From Candidatus Krumholzibacteriota bacterium (GTDB lineage: Bacteria; Krumholzibacteriota; Krumholzibacteriia; JAJRXK01): a stretch of DNA of 64,000 nt. How positions within the stretch are numbered: position 1 is the first letter of the stretch; the number at the start of each line of letters is the position of its first letter. The notes beneath the pieces were generated by a model. It saw only the letters and a program-made list of their open reading frames with translations, was not told the origin of the DNA and did not search any database. Shown here piece by piece: positions 7,912 to 17,262 of the stretch. Location of the stretch: the NCBI GenBank assembly GCA_024276305.1, contig JAJRXK010000050.1, positions 2,623 through 66,622 of the forward strand, read 5' to 3'. The translations under genes and the position numbers were made by a program.

Positions 7912-10900
7912 ATGCCTCTTCGCCGAAAAGGGCCATTGCATCTCGATCGACGGCGATCGCGGCTCGGTCCGGCGGTGCTGATCGGAATCGTCTGCTGTGT
8001 GGTCTTCTCCACGTGGCCCGGGTCTTCCTCTCGAGCCCAGGAGAGGGGCCCCTTTCCCTACAACTCCGAGGGCGACCTCTTTCGAATGCAGAAACTTCCG
8101 GAGGGCGAGACGGTCTTCCGGTTGGTGGGAAATGCACACCTCTGGGACGATCAGGTCGATATCACGGGGGAACGAGGAGCCTACTTCGACCTGAGCGACC
8201 GACTCGAAATGGTCGTCGACGTTCGGGTGCTCAACGATTCCCTCACCCTCTGGTGCGACAGCCTGGTGGCCTTCCGGGCCACGGAGTCGGCGCGGGCCTA
8301 CGGGTCGGTGCGGGTGGAAACCCGCGACGGCATCATCGGCACCGCGCAGCGGGGGCACTATCGTCAGGCCGATGATTGGTTGGCCTTGGCCGGCCACGCG
8401 CGGGTGATCGATCCGGACTATGTGGTGGCGGGAGATTCCATCCAGATCGATCGTCAGGAATCTCGGATGGAGGCCTTCGGAGACGTCTCGATCGTGGATT
8501 CGGTTCAGGAGAGCGTGGTGCGGGGGGAACACGCCATCTTCCAGAGGGAGACGGGTCTTGCGATCGTGGATTCCCTGCCTCACCTCCGGTCCCGACGCGG
8601 AGACGGAGCACTGACCACGGTCACCAGTCGGTGGATGTCCTTCGATCGGGAGACCGAGACCAGCACCGCCGTCGGCGACGTTTCCTTTCGCCAGGGAAGT
8701 ACCGAGGCCCACGCCGACACCGCTCGTTTCGTGGGGGAGGATGTCCTGTGGCTCGCGGGCAATCCCACCGTGAAGCAGGAGGGGCGGGTGATGACCGGAC
8801 GCAACATTCGGATCACCTACGAAGAGGGAAAGCTTCACGACATCGAAGTCGTGGGCGATGCATCCCTCGTGGACTCGAGCCCGGACACCCTGGCCCGAGA
8901 ATTCTCCTCGATTCCTCTTGCGAACACTCTGTCGGGTGACTCGCTCCGGATCGAATTCGAAGGCGGACAGATCCAGCGCACCTTCGTTGCAGGAAACGCG
9001 CGGAGCATCTACTTGCCCGAAGACCAGGAAGATGTCGTTTCGGTCAACAATGTTTCGGGCCACAGTGTGGACATTCTCTTCGAGGATGGTCAGGTGGGGC
9101 AGGTTCGGGTGAAGGGCCAAGTCGACGGTAGCTATCGCTTCGTCGAGCGAGACGATCTTGCGGGTCTCGCTCGTGCTGCCCTCGACAGCCTCGAAGAGGG
9201 TTCGACGGATTCCACCGTGGCGGCCGCCGATTCCTCGTCTGCGGCCGGATTGATCGACTTCGATGCCCTCGCTCAGGAAGTCGCCTACCAGGGAGAGGAG
9301 ACCGATTTCTGGGTCCAGGAGGGGCGCATGCGCGTCTCGAAGTCGGCCAAGGTACGCAACGGCACTCTCGAGCTGCTGGCGGATCGAGTGGACTTCGACA
9401 CCGAGACTCGCGAGGTGCTGGCCGACGGCGATCCTCGATTGGTGGACCGCAACAGCGAGATCGTCGGCGAGCGGATGGGTTATCTCTTCGATCCTCAAAC
9501 CGGCGCGGTGAAAGACGGAGCTACGCGCTTCGACGACGGCTTCTACTACGGTCAGCACATTCGGCGTATCGACCGAGAGACTCTGTTGGTGAGGGATGCG
9601 ACCTATACGACCTGCGATCTCGCAGATCCGCACTATCACTTCAAGGCCTCCAAGATGAAGCTCAAGATTGGTCGTCGAGTCGTGGCTCGGCAGATCAAGC
9701 TCTACGTCAGCGACATCCCTTTGATCATGCTGCCGTTCTACTACAAGTCCCTGGACTCGGGGCGGCATTCGGGAATCCTCTTTCCCAACATCAGTCTAGG
9801 GGTCAGCAGTAGGGACGGGCGTTATGTCCGAGGTCTGGGGTACTATTGGGCCACCAACGACTATACGGATTTTCAGTTTCTGATGGATTACAACGAGAGG
9901 CAGGACATTCGCTTCACCCTTCGCAACAAGTACAACGTTCGCTATGGCGCCAGCGGGAATGTCGACGCGTGGTACTACTCTCGATTCAGTGATACGCAGC
10001 AAGGTGATGAATGGAAGATCGATGCACGACACACCCAACCCGAGTTGTGGGATGTGTGGCGAGCAAGCATGCAGCTCTCCCTCAGCTCGAAGAACCTGAC
10101 TCGAGGAAGTCGATCGGGCAATGCCCAGAACGACCTCATCGAGACCCGTCTCTACAGCACGGGCACGCTGTCCCGCAGCTTCGACAGTGGAGCCTCTCTG
10201 AACCTCTCGGTGAGCCGGACCCAGTATCCGAATGCCGAGGATGATACGCTGGGAACGAACAATCCGATTTCCATTCTGAGCGCGCCGTTGGCCCTCTCGT
10301 TCAAGAGCCGCCCCCTGTGGTTGGATCGTCCGCGCGAGGGCGATGGATGGTGGGCGGACATCCTCCACGACATCCAATTCAGTCAGAGTTACAACAGCCG
10401 TCTCGACCGAAAGGTGAACGAGGATTCCCAGGAGAACCTCGTGGACGCCAACGGTCGTTTCGGCCTGAGCTACGCGCCTCCGACCCTCCTGGGGCCGTTC
10501 AAATGGACCTCATCGGCGAGTTTCGCGGGGGGGTGGAAGTTCCGGGACTTTCAAGAAACCCGCTACAAGGACCTCGAGGTGGTGCAGCCGGATTCCTCGG
10601 TGGTCACCGTTCTCGTTCCCGATCCCGACAACAGCAGTGACCTCACCGAAACCGACTTCTCGCCTTCGCTCTCGCTGACCAATCGGGCGAGCGCGGATCT
10701 CTACGGAATCTTCGACACCCGGTTGGGGCCGATTCGGGGAGTCAAGCACAAGGTCAGTTTCTCCACGACTCACAGTTATCGTCCTCGGCTCGGCGACAAA
10801 CAGGCGAAGAGTCAGAACATCAGCTTTTCTCTGGGCAACGAGTTCTCGCTGAAGCTGCTCGAGGCTCCTTCGGAGGCCGAGGGCGACAGTCTCGGCGAGA

Positions 10901-11682
10901 TCGAGGGGCAGGAGGCCGAACCGAAGTATCGCAAACTCGATCAGATTCTGCGTTGGGACTTGAGCACCAGCGTGGACCCCGATGCCGATCCCGGACTGAA
11001 GTGGAAAGACATCCAGAGTTCGGTGCGGATTCGTCCCGGGATCACCCAGGCGATTTCGTTCTCGATGAACCAGAGCATCGATCCCTACACCCTGCAGATC
11101 AAGAGCACCCGTTTCAACAGCGACCTGCGGTTGAGGGGGGCGGTGGGTCTGGGGGGGAATCTCTCCGAACGCACCCAGCCCAAGAACGCGGTCCTCGAAC
11201 GGTTGCCCGAGCCGCCTCCCGACAGTCTGAGCGCGGCCCAGGACTCTCTGCGGGGATATGGAGAGACCGGGAACTACGACCCCTGGGGCGAGGCCCTCGG
11301 AGGTGATTGGCTGGAGACCGGCGATCGAAATGTGGTGCCCTGGGATCTCTACCTGCGCGGATCTCTGACCCAGACCAAGGACCTTCGCACCGGCGCCACT
11401 TCCACCCGGGCCAATCTGAGCACCCGAGCCAACCTCTCTCTTCCCGGGAAGTGGAAACTGAGCTACAGCGCAGATTTCGACTTCGAGACGGGAGAGTTCA
11501 CCAATCAGTTCTGGACCGTCACTCGGCCCCTCCACCAGTGGGAGCTCCGTTTCAGCCGAGGACTCGCAGATGGCCAGGATTTCGGGTTTTCGCTCTATCT
11601 GAAGGACATTCCCGATCTGAGGGTCGATCGGGGAGACCGGGCCCGCACTGGCGATCTTCGGGGGCGTGTGGGCCGCTACTGA
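7912..11682 (+). CDS. lptD: LPS-assembly outer-membrane protein LptD with expanded OstA/LptA-like N-terminal region
   Basis: ATG 7912 with signal-anchor. Several OstA-like beta-jellyroll repeats. LptD barrel signature TYTTCDL...HYHFKASKMKL... LPFYYKSLDSGRHSGILFPN...GLGYYWA. Confidence 0.78.
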   Translation: MPLRRKGPLHLDRRRSRLGPAVLIGIVCCVVFSTWPGSSSRAQERGPFPYNSEGDLFRMQKLPEGETVFRLVGNAHLWDDQVDITGERGAYFDLSDRLEMVVDVRVLNDSLTLWCDSLVAFRATESARAYGSVRVETRDGIIGTAQRGHYRQADDWLALAGHARVIDPDYVVAGDSIQIDRQESRMEAFGDVSIVDSVQESVVRGEHAIFQRETGLAIVDSLPHLRSRRGDGALTTVTSRWMSFDRETETSTAVGDVSFRQGSTEAHADTARFVGEDVLWLAGNPTVKQEGRVMTGRNIRITYEEGKLHDIEVVGDASLVDSSPDTLAREFSSIPLANTLSGDSLRIEFEGGQIQRTFVAGNARSIYLPEDQEDVVSVNNVSGHSVDILFEDGQVGQVRVKGQVDGSYRFVERDDLAGLARAALDSLEEGSTDSTVAAADSSSAAGLIDFDALAQEVAYQGEETDFWVQEGRMRVSKSAKVRNGTLELLADRVDFDTETREVLADGDPRLVDRNSEIVGERMGYLFDPQTGAVKDGATRFDDGFYYGQHIRRIDRETLLVRDATYTTCDLADPHYHFKASKMKLKIGRRVVARQIKLYVSDIPLIMLPFYYKSLDSGRHSGILFPNISLGVSSRDGRYVRGLGYYWATNDYTDFQFLMDYNERQDIRFTLRNKYNVRYGASGNVDAWYYSRFSDTQQGDEWKIDARHTQPELWDVWRASMQLSLSSKNLTRGSRSGNAQNDLIETRLYSTGTLSRSFDSGASLNLSVSRTQYPNAEDDTLGTNNPISILSAPLALSFKSRPLWLDRPREGDGWWADILHDIQFSQSYNSRLDRKVNEDSQENLVDANGRFGLSYAPPTLLGPFKWTSSASFAGGWKFRDFQETRYKDLEVVQPDSSVVTVLVPDPDNSSDLTETDFSPSLSLTNRASADLYGIFDTRLGPIRGVKHKVSFSTTHSYRPRLGDKQAKSQNISFSLGNEFSLKLLEAPSEAEGDSLGEIEGQEAEPKYRKLDQILRWDLSTSVDPDADPGLKWKDIQSSVRIRPGITQAISFSMNQSIDPYTLQIKSTRFNSDLRLRGAVGLGGNLSERTQPKNAVLERLPEPPPDSLSAAQDSLRGYGETGNYDPWGEALGGDWLETGDRNVVPWDLYLRGSLTQTKDLRTGATSTRANLSTRANLSLPGKWKLSYSADFDFETGEFTNQFWTVTRPLHQWELRFSRGLADGQDFGFSLYLKDIPDLRVDRGDRARTGDLRGRVGRY

Positions 11683-11789
11683 CGGCCTTTCTCGAGGTTC
11701 TGAGCCGAGAATTTCCCGTCATTCCGGGAAAAAGCACGTTGACACTACCGTTTTGCCGCGGTACGACAGGCACGAAAGGGGGTGGACTC

Positions 11790-12086
11790 ATGAACAAGTC
11801 CGAACTGACCGAAGCTCTCGCCAATCGTGCAGATCTCACGATGAAGGATGCGAGGGACATCATCAACGTGCTCTTCAACACCGAGACCAAGAAGGGGATC
11901 ATCGCCGGCGAACTCGCCAGGGGCCGGCGTGTGCAGATCACTGGATTCGGGACCTTCGAACCGCGCAAGCGCAAGAAGCGGAAGGGACGTAATCCTCAGA
12001 CCGGGGCCACGATCGACATTCCGGCGGCCCGGGTCCCCGCGTTCTCGGCCGGCAAGGCTCTCAAGGATCGCGTCAACAAGCGCTGA
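11790..12086 (+). CDS. hup: HU-family nucleoid DNA-binding protein
   Basis: 98 aa. MNKSELTEALA..., GFGTFEPRKRKKRKGRNPQTGATIDIPA arm. RBS AAAGGGGG upstream. Confidence 0.9.
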   Translation: MNKSELTEALANRADLTMKDARDIINVLFNTETKKGIIAGELARGRRVQITGFGTFEPRKRKKRKGRNPQTGATIDIPAARVPAFSAGKALKDRVNKR

Positions 12087-12120
12087 TTCTCGATTAGCCG
12101 AACCGGTGCGACGACTCAGA

Positions 12121-12148
12121 GGCGGCGGTCAACGTGATCGTCGCCTTT
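12121..12148 (+). terminator. Terminator-like hairpin after the HU gene
   Basis: GGCGGCGGTC-AACGT-GATCGTCGCC (10 bp including 2 G-T pairs) followed by TTT, 35 nt after the HU stop. Confidence 0.4.
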
Positions 12149-12320
12149 GGCGTGGGCGGCGGCGCGCTGGTGTGGGGGGTAAGAAGCTTGTAAACCCTCA
12201 ACGGTGGCGTTGCGGGCTCCCGGGCCAGGGTGCTAGTCTTGCACGGGTGCTCGCATCGGGGTGCCCCTTTTGGTGACACCATGTTCCGATCTACGATGAT
12301 TCTTCCGGAGGGATGATCTC

Positions 12321-13712
12321 ATGACCGATTCGGTCGTACGTCTCAACTGGCGCCGGCGCTTGGCCGCGGCGGCAATCGCTCTGATGATGGCCGTCGGCCT
12401 CTCGCCGGCTTGGCTTGCCACGTCCGCTTCGGCGGAGGAGCTGGTGGATCTCACCCTCCTCTTCCACGGCTCGGTTCAGGGCAAGATTGCCCCCTGTGGG
12501 TGAAAGGCTCACCCTATGGGTGGGCTGGCCCGGCGGGCCGCCTTGTACAACGAAATTCGTGCTCAGAAGGAAAACGTCTTCCTCCTCGACGCAGGAAACC
12601 TCTTCGGCAATCGGAACGAGCTCGAGAAGAAGCAGACCGAGTTTCTCGTGCGGGAGACCGACGCGCTCGGATACGAGATCTTCGGGGTTGGCGAGCGAGA
12701 TCTGAACTATGGCCTCGACTTTCTCCGCGATGTAGAGAAGCAGTACGGGTTCGTGTTCACGAACGCGAACTTGCGCAATGGAGATACCAACGAACTCCTC
12801 TTCCCTCCCTACGTGGTGCGGAAGAAAGCCGGTCTGAGGATTGGAGTCATTTCAGTGCTCAGTCCGAGTTTCCGGGTGGTGTCGATGACCGCTCAGACGG
12901 ACAACTTCACCACCGACTCGCCTCGTGATGCGCTCGAGAAGTACCTTCCCGAGTTGAGGAAAAAGGCAGATCTGATCATTCTGTTGGCCCAAGTCGGGAC
13001 TCAGGAATTGCGTCAGCTGCTTCTGGATCTCGGCGAGGACAGTGGCATCGATGTCTGCGTGGAGGGCCATGCGCCACGTCAGTACCGTCGGGTGAACAAA
13101 GTGGGGAATGTTCTCCTCGTGGCAGCCAACAATCAGGGCAAGTATGCGGGTCAACTCGACATGCTCATCACCAAGGACGGCCAGGTGAAGGATGCCGTCG
13201 TCACCATCCATGGTTTCGACGAGAAGGCACCGGATGTCGAAGAGATTCGCAAGCGGGTCGACAAGTTCAAAGCGGAGAATCAGCCGGAGACCGCCCAGGT
13301 CTCGGCCTTCGATCACAACCGGCCCTACGGCAGCGAGTCGGAACGCTTTCTGGGTGTGAGTACCTGCACCCGGTGCCACACTTCGGAGGCTCGGGCCTAC
13401 TCGTCGACCAAACATGCACAGGCCTTCCAGACTCTTGCGGCCAAAGGGCAACAGAACAACCCGGACTGTGTGAGTTGTCATGTGGTGGGATTCGAGTACG
13501 TGAACGGATACGATCGCGTACCGCATCCGGACACGCCGGGTCGTGATACGTTGCGCAATGTGCAATGTGAGGCTTGCCATGGATATGGGACCCAACACGA
13601 TCGCGGGGGAGAATGGGCGGCGGCGGCCAAGTCCTCGTGTGCGAATTGCCATGATTCGGCCAATAGTCCGGACTTCGACTATGCAACCTACTGGTCACGG
13701 ATTGCCCACTAG
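12321..13712 (+). CDS. Periplasmic fusion of a degenerate 5'-nucleotidase/metallophosphoesterase-like domain with a tetrahaem c-type cytochrome. Reading frame contains one in-frame TGA (12501..12503).
   Basis: Same-frame ORFs 12321..12503 and 12516..13712. RBS and signal peptide occur only on the first part. LLDAGNLFG and VGERDLNYG are degenerate phosphoesterase motifs. Haem sites are CTRCH, CVSCH, CEACH and CANCH. Confidence 0.6.
12506..12540 (+). promoter_or_regulatory. Two adjacent stem-loops directly 3' of the in-frame TGA (candidate bacterial SECIS, unproven)
   Basis: 12506..12526 is GGCUCACCC-UAU-GGGUGGGCU. 12527..12539 is GGCCC-GGC-GGGCC, with its loop about 30 nt after the UGA. Confidence 0.3.
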
Positions 13713-13770
13713 GGGCTGCGGGTCGTTTTCTCATGCACGACGTCCGAGGCTCGGCTTCGGACGTTCGTGT

Positions 13771-14559
13771 ATGCGGTCGGTGTCGGGGTGGACCCTGGCC
13801 ACCTTGATGGTCGTCGGCAGTGGGATCTCGCCGCGGCCGGCGCAGTCCCAGGAACTCTTGAGCTGGTGGAAACGCGATCTCATCGAGGTCGATCTGCGGC
13901 CGGGTACCTGGGTGACCTACTCCTCCACCGAGTTCTCCGAGGGGGAGATCTACGCGGACACCCTCACCGTTCGGGTCGTGGCGACGGTGGAGGACAGTCT
14001 GCGTTGGGTGGAGATCGACGATCACCGCCGCTTCGAACGCGAGTTTCTGTTGATCGATCCGACCCGGCTTCGCCCAGATCGTTCGCTCTTGGATGCCCTC
14101 GACCGACACCTTCGCCTCCTCCCGAGCGGGGAAGTGGTCGAGGAGAGGGTGGAGGAGTTGAGGAGCAGCCGTCTCGTTCAACGTCACTTCCAGGATCTCT
14201 TCACCGATCCGGTGGTCACCCGTGAGTCGCGCCCGGACACTCTGCTCGCGATGGCGGCGGACAGCAGTTGTGCGCGGGAGCACATCCGCTTGGCCGAGCG
14301 ACGAGAAGAGCCCGCGCCGGTGGGCGCTTCGATCATGGTGACCCAGATCCAGTCGGATGCGATCCTATCTCCCTGCATTCCCATTTTTTCCGTCCTGCGA
14401 GCCCGGACTGTCACCGAATTGAGTACCCGAGCGTCCACGAATTCTGGCCCGCGGTCGAGGAAGGTGGCGCCGTTGCGGACGGTCCTGGAATGGCACTGCA
14501 TTGCCTTCGGGGAGGACGGACCCACGGAGTTGCCGCCCGAGCTCTTGGCCCGCGACTGA
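13771..14559 (+). CDS. Hypothetical secreted protein
   Basis: ATG 13771. N-terminal hydrophobic signal (WTLATLMVVGSGISPRPAQS). Coding-like G/C third positions. No motif I recognise. Confidence 0.45.
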   Translation: MRSVSGWTLATLMVVGSGISPRPAQSQELLSWWKRDLIEVDLRPGTWVTYSSTEFSEGEIYADTLTVRVVATVEDSLRWVEIDDHRRFEREFLLIDPTRLRPDRSLLDALDRHLRLLPSGEVVEERVEELRSSRLVQRHFQDLFTDPVVTRESRPDTLLAMAADSSCAREHIRLAERREEPAPVGASIMVTQIQSDAILSPCIPIFSVLRARTVTELSTRASTNSGPRSRKVAPLRTVLEWHCIAFGEDGPTELPPELLARD

Positions 14560-14677
14560 CCTTCGGACGAAATGGTGAATTCGCCGGCAGGCCGGGCTTT
14601 GTGCTATCATCAAGGCCCCATTCCAGCGGCCCAGTCGACCTCCTTGGACGACTCGGGATCGTTTTCCGGGAGTCACG

Positions 14678-15496
14678 GTGACCACGCCCCAGTTGAGAGC
14701 GGAGAGCCTCGATGCACTGCGATCCATCGCCCATCGCTATGTGCGTCGGGTGAATCGTCCGGTTCCGTCTCCGGAGTTGGCGAGGGTGTTGTTTTCGAGC
14801 CGCGAGTCCGAAGATTCGGTGTCTCCCCTTCTGATTCGGGCCCTCCTGCGTCACGACCGCCGCTTTCGCGAGCCCAACAAGGGCACCTGGGAGCTCGTCT
14901 CTTCGGAAGCGAATGCCACGCCCTTGACCGAAGCTCGCTTCACCGTGGTCGACATCGAAGCCACCGGAAGCAACCCCGACCACGACCAGATCATCGAGAT
15001 TGCCGTGGTGGTCATCGAGCGGGGGGTCATCGTCGAGCAGATGAGTACTCTGGTGAATCCGGAGCGGCGCATTCCTCCATGGATTCGGAGGCTCACCGGA
15101 ATCGACGCGGCCCATGTTCACGACGCTCCTCGCTTTCACCAGATCGCACCTTCGATCTTGAGGAAGCTCGAAGGAAGCGTGTTCGTCGCCCACAACATTC
15201 ACTTCGACTATGTGTTCCTTCGTCACCACTTGGCCAAGGTCGGATACCAGCCCGATCCGTGGCAGAAGCTTTGCACGGTGAAGCTGACGCAGAAGGTCTT
15301 CCCCGACTTCGGCGCCTACCGCCTGGGATACCTCAGCCAGCGGTTGGGAGTGGGCCTCGAGCACCACCATCGGGCTTGTGACGATGCGCTGGCCACCGCG
15401 AGGATCCTGCTCAAGGTGTTGGGCGAGGGCTATCTGCCCCCCGAAGTGCGGACGGTTGGCCAGCTTCTAACCTATCTCGGTCCGTCCGCTCGCTGA
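14678..15496 (+). CDS. DnaQ/DEDDh-family 3'-5' exonuclease (DNA polymerase III epsilon-like) with an extra N-terminal domain
   Basis: ExoI FTVVDIEATG, ExoII LTGI...FVAHNIHFDYVFL, ExoIII HHRACDDALATA. Confidence 0.8.
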   Translation: MTTPQLRAESLDALRSIAHRYVRRVNRPVPSPELARVLFSSRESEDSVSPLLIRALLRHDRRFREPNKGTWELVSSEANATPLTEARFTVVDIEATGSNPDHDQIIEIAVVVIERGVIVEQMSTLVNPERRIPPWIRRLTGIDAAHVHDAPRFHQIAPSILRKLEGSVFVAHNIHFDYVFLRHHLAKVGYQPDPWQKLCTVKLTQKVFPDFGAYRLGYLSQRLGVGLEHHHRACDDALATARILLKVLGEGYLPPEVRTVGQLLTYLGPSAR

Positions 15497-15599
15497 CGAT
15501 CTCGGTCGCCCTCCTTCTTCGCTTCGGAATCTCTTGTGGAATCGCCCCTGACCCCATTGACATGCAGCGGGAGTCTGTGCCATGGTTCGCGCCCCCCGG

Positions 15600-15643
15600 C
15601 GCCGTCGATCTTCGACGGCGGTGTTGTCTCTGTGTGTTCCTTT
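15600..15643 (+). terminator. Terminator/attenuator-like hairpin plus U-rich tract upstream of the Cys/Met PLP enzyme gene
   Basis: CGCCGTCGA-TCT-TCGACGGCG (perfect 9 bp, 15600..15620) followed by GTGTTGTCTCTGTGTGTTCCTTT. A TTGACA hexamer lies at 15557..15562. Confidence 0.35.
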
Positions 15644-15661
15644 GCATCAGGAGTCCAAGCC

Positions 15662-16804
15662 ATGGGATTCGGGACAGACTGCATCCATGCGGGCCAGTCG
15701 AGTGAACCGACCACCGGTTCAGTGGCGGTGCCGGTGTTCCAGACCTCGACCTACGAGCAGATCGGAATTGGTCAGCATCGGGGATACGAGTACGCACGGA
15801 CCCAGAATCCAACCCGTGAGGCTTTCGAGCGAAGCGTGGCCGCGCTCGAGGGGGCGTCCGAGGGCATCGCCTTCGCGTCGGGGCTCGCGGCGATCGGAGC
15901 CATCACTCAGCTCCTGAGTTCCGGCGACCATGTGGTGTGCACCGACAATGTCTACGGGGGAACCTATCGCGTCTTCGATCAGCTCTACCGCCGGTTGGGG
16001 ATCACCTTTTCTTTCGTCGACACCTCGGATCCTCAGAACATCGAATCCGCGTGGACGGATGCGACAAAGATGCTCTTCGTCGAATCGCCGACCAATCCGG
16101 TGCTGAGCATCACCGATCTGAGTGTGGCAGCGGAGATTGCCCACTCTCACGGCGCCTTCCTGGCGGTCGACAACACCTTCATGAGCCCCTTTCTCCAACG
16201 GCCGCTCGGCCTCGGAGCCGATGTCGTGGTGCACTCCACGACCAAGTACATCAACGGCCACAGCGACATGGTGGGCGGCATTGTCGTCACTTCGGACGAA
16301 TCGATCCACGAGCGGCTTCGCTTTCTGCAGAATGCCGCAGGGGCAGTGCCGGGACCCTGGGACTGCTGGCTCGCATTGCGAGGGATCAAGACTCTGCACA
16401 TCCGCATGCGCGAACACGAGAAGAATGCCCGGGTGGTCGTGGCCATGCTCTCGGACCACCGATCGGTGCAGAAGCTGTATTATCCCGGACTCGCCGACCA
16501 CCCCGGGCACGAGATCGCCGAACGCCAGCAGGATGGGTTCGGGGCCATGGTTTCCTTCGACGTGGGGAGCTTGGATCGGGCCCAGAAGGTCGTCCAAGCG
16601 GTCAAGATCTTCACTCTGGCCGAGAGTTTGGGGGGAGTGGAAAGCCTGATTTCACATCCCGCCGCCATGACCCATGCCGCGGTTCCCAAGGCCGATCGCG
16701 ACGCGATGGGAGTTACCGATGGACTGGTGCGTCTGAGCGTGGGCATCGAGGATGCAGAGGATCTTGTCGATGATGTGCGCAATGCCTTGGAAGTGATCTC
16801 ATGA
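15662..16804 (+). CDS. PLP-dependent Cys/Met-metabolism enzyme (cystathionine gamma-synthase / beta-lyase / gamma-lyase family)
   Basis: ATG 15662 after CAGGAG. MGFGTDCIHAGQ..., PLP-lysine motif STTKYINGHSDMVGG, C-terminal RLSVGIEDAEDLVDD. Confidence 0.85.
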   Translation: MGFGTDCIHAGQSSEPTTGSVAVPVFQTSTYEQIGIGQHRGYEYARTQNPTREAFERSVAALEGASEGIAFASGLAAIGAITQLLSSGDHVVCTDNVYGGTYRVFDQLYRRLGITFSFVDTSDPQNIESAWTDATKMLFVESPTNPVLSITDLSVAAEIAHSHGAFLAVDNTFMSPFLQRPLGLGADVVVHSTTKYINGHSDMVGGIVVTSDESIHERLRFLQNAAGAVPGPWDCWLALRGIKTLHIRMREHEKNARVVVAMLSDHRSVQKLYYPGLADHPGHEIAERQQDGFGAMVSFDVGSLDRAQKVVQAVKIFTLAESLGGVESLISHPAAMTHAAVPKADRDAMGVTDGLVRLSVGIEDAEDLVDDVRNALEVIS

Positions 16805-16873
16805 ATTCGTATTGCCGGGAACTTCGCGTGACAGTCGAGTGTTTCATGCGCCAGGTCTGTCGGTGCAGGGCAC

Positions 16874-16902
16874 TTGACTCTGCGGAGCGGCTTTTCTAGT
16901 AT
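16874..16902 (+). promoter_or_regulatory. Sigma-70-type promoter candidate (TTGACT-17 nt-TAGTAT)
   Basis: Near-consensus -35 (16874..16879) and -10 (16897..16902) with a 17-nt spacer, in a lower-GC spacer upstream of the small zinc-ribbon gene. Confidence 0.4.
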
Positions 16903-17016
16903 GCAGCGACCGATGCGATCGGAAGCCTGCTCTGACACCCTACCCTCGTCAGGTGTTCGATGTGCTGCGGATGGGAAGTGTTCGTGATGGAACCTGAACA
17001 CAAACGGGGGGCTCAC

Positions 17017-17208
17017 ATGTCGAGCGAGAAGGATCAGGCTCTCGTCAAGGAGAAGGCGTTCGTGAAGTACGAGCGGCTGCTCGAGCAGGCCGAAGTTGAA
17101 GGCCGAATCAACGGACGGTATCGATGCATCGTATGCGGTATGAGATACAACGAGAAGGACAGCGCTGAGGATTGCTGCCGCGTGGTACTCGAGGCGGGGA
17201 ATGTCTGA
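17017..17208 (+). CDS. Small Cys-containing (zinc-ribbon-like) protein, function unknown
   Basis: ATG 17017 after ACGGGGGG. 63 aa, with CIVCG ... DCC cysteine pairs. The upstream extension to 16960 lacks an RBS. Confidence 0.4.
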   Translation: MSSEKDQALVKEKAFVKYERLLEQAEVEGRINGRYRCIVCGMRYNEKDSAEDCCRVVLEAGNV

Positions 17209-17262
17209 GCCGCCGCGCCTCCCCGAGGGTTGAGCGCGAGTCGCGCGGGAAGACTCCGAACC

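Noticed and set aside
11712-11731. Inverted repeat TTTCCCG-TCATTC-CGGGAAA after lptD as an intrinsic terminator.
   Set aside because: On the lptD strand the stem is followed by A's rather than U's. It may be a binding site or have no function.
11739-11767. A sigma-70 promoter for the HU gene (TTGACA-17-TACGAC).
   Set aside because: The -35 element is perfect, but the -10 element matches only 3 of 6 positions and lacks the invariant final T. That is too weak to call.
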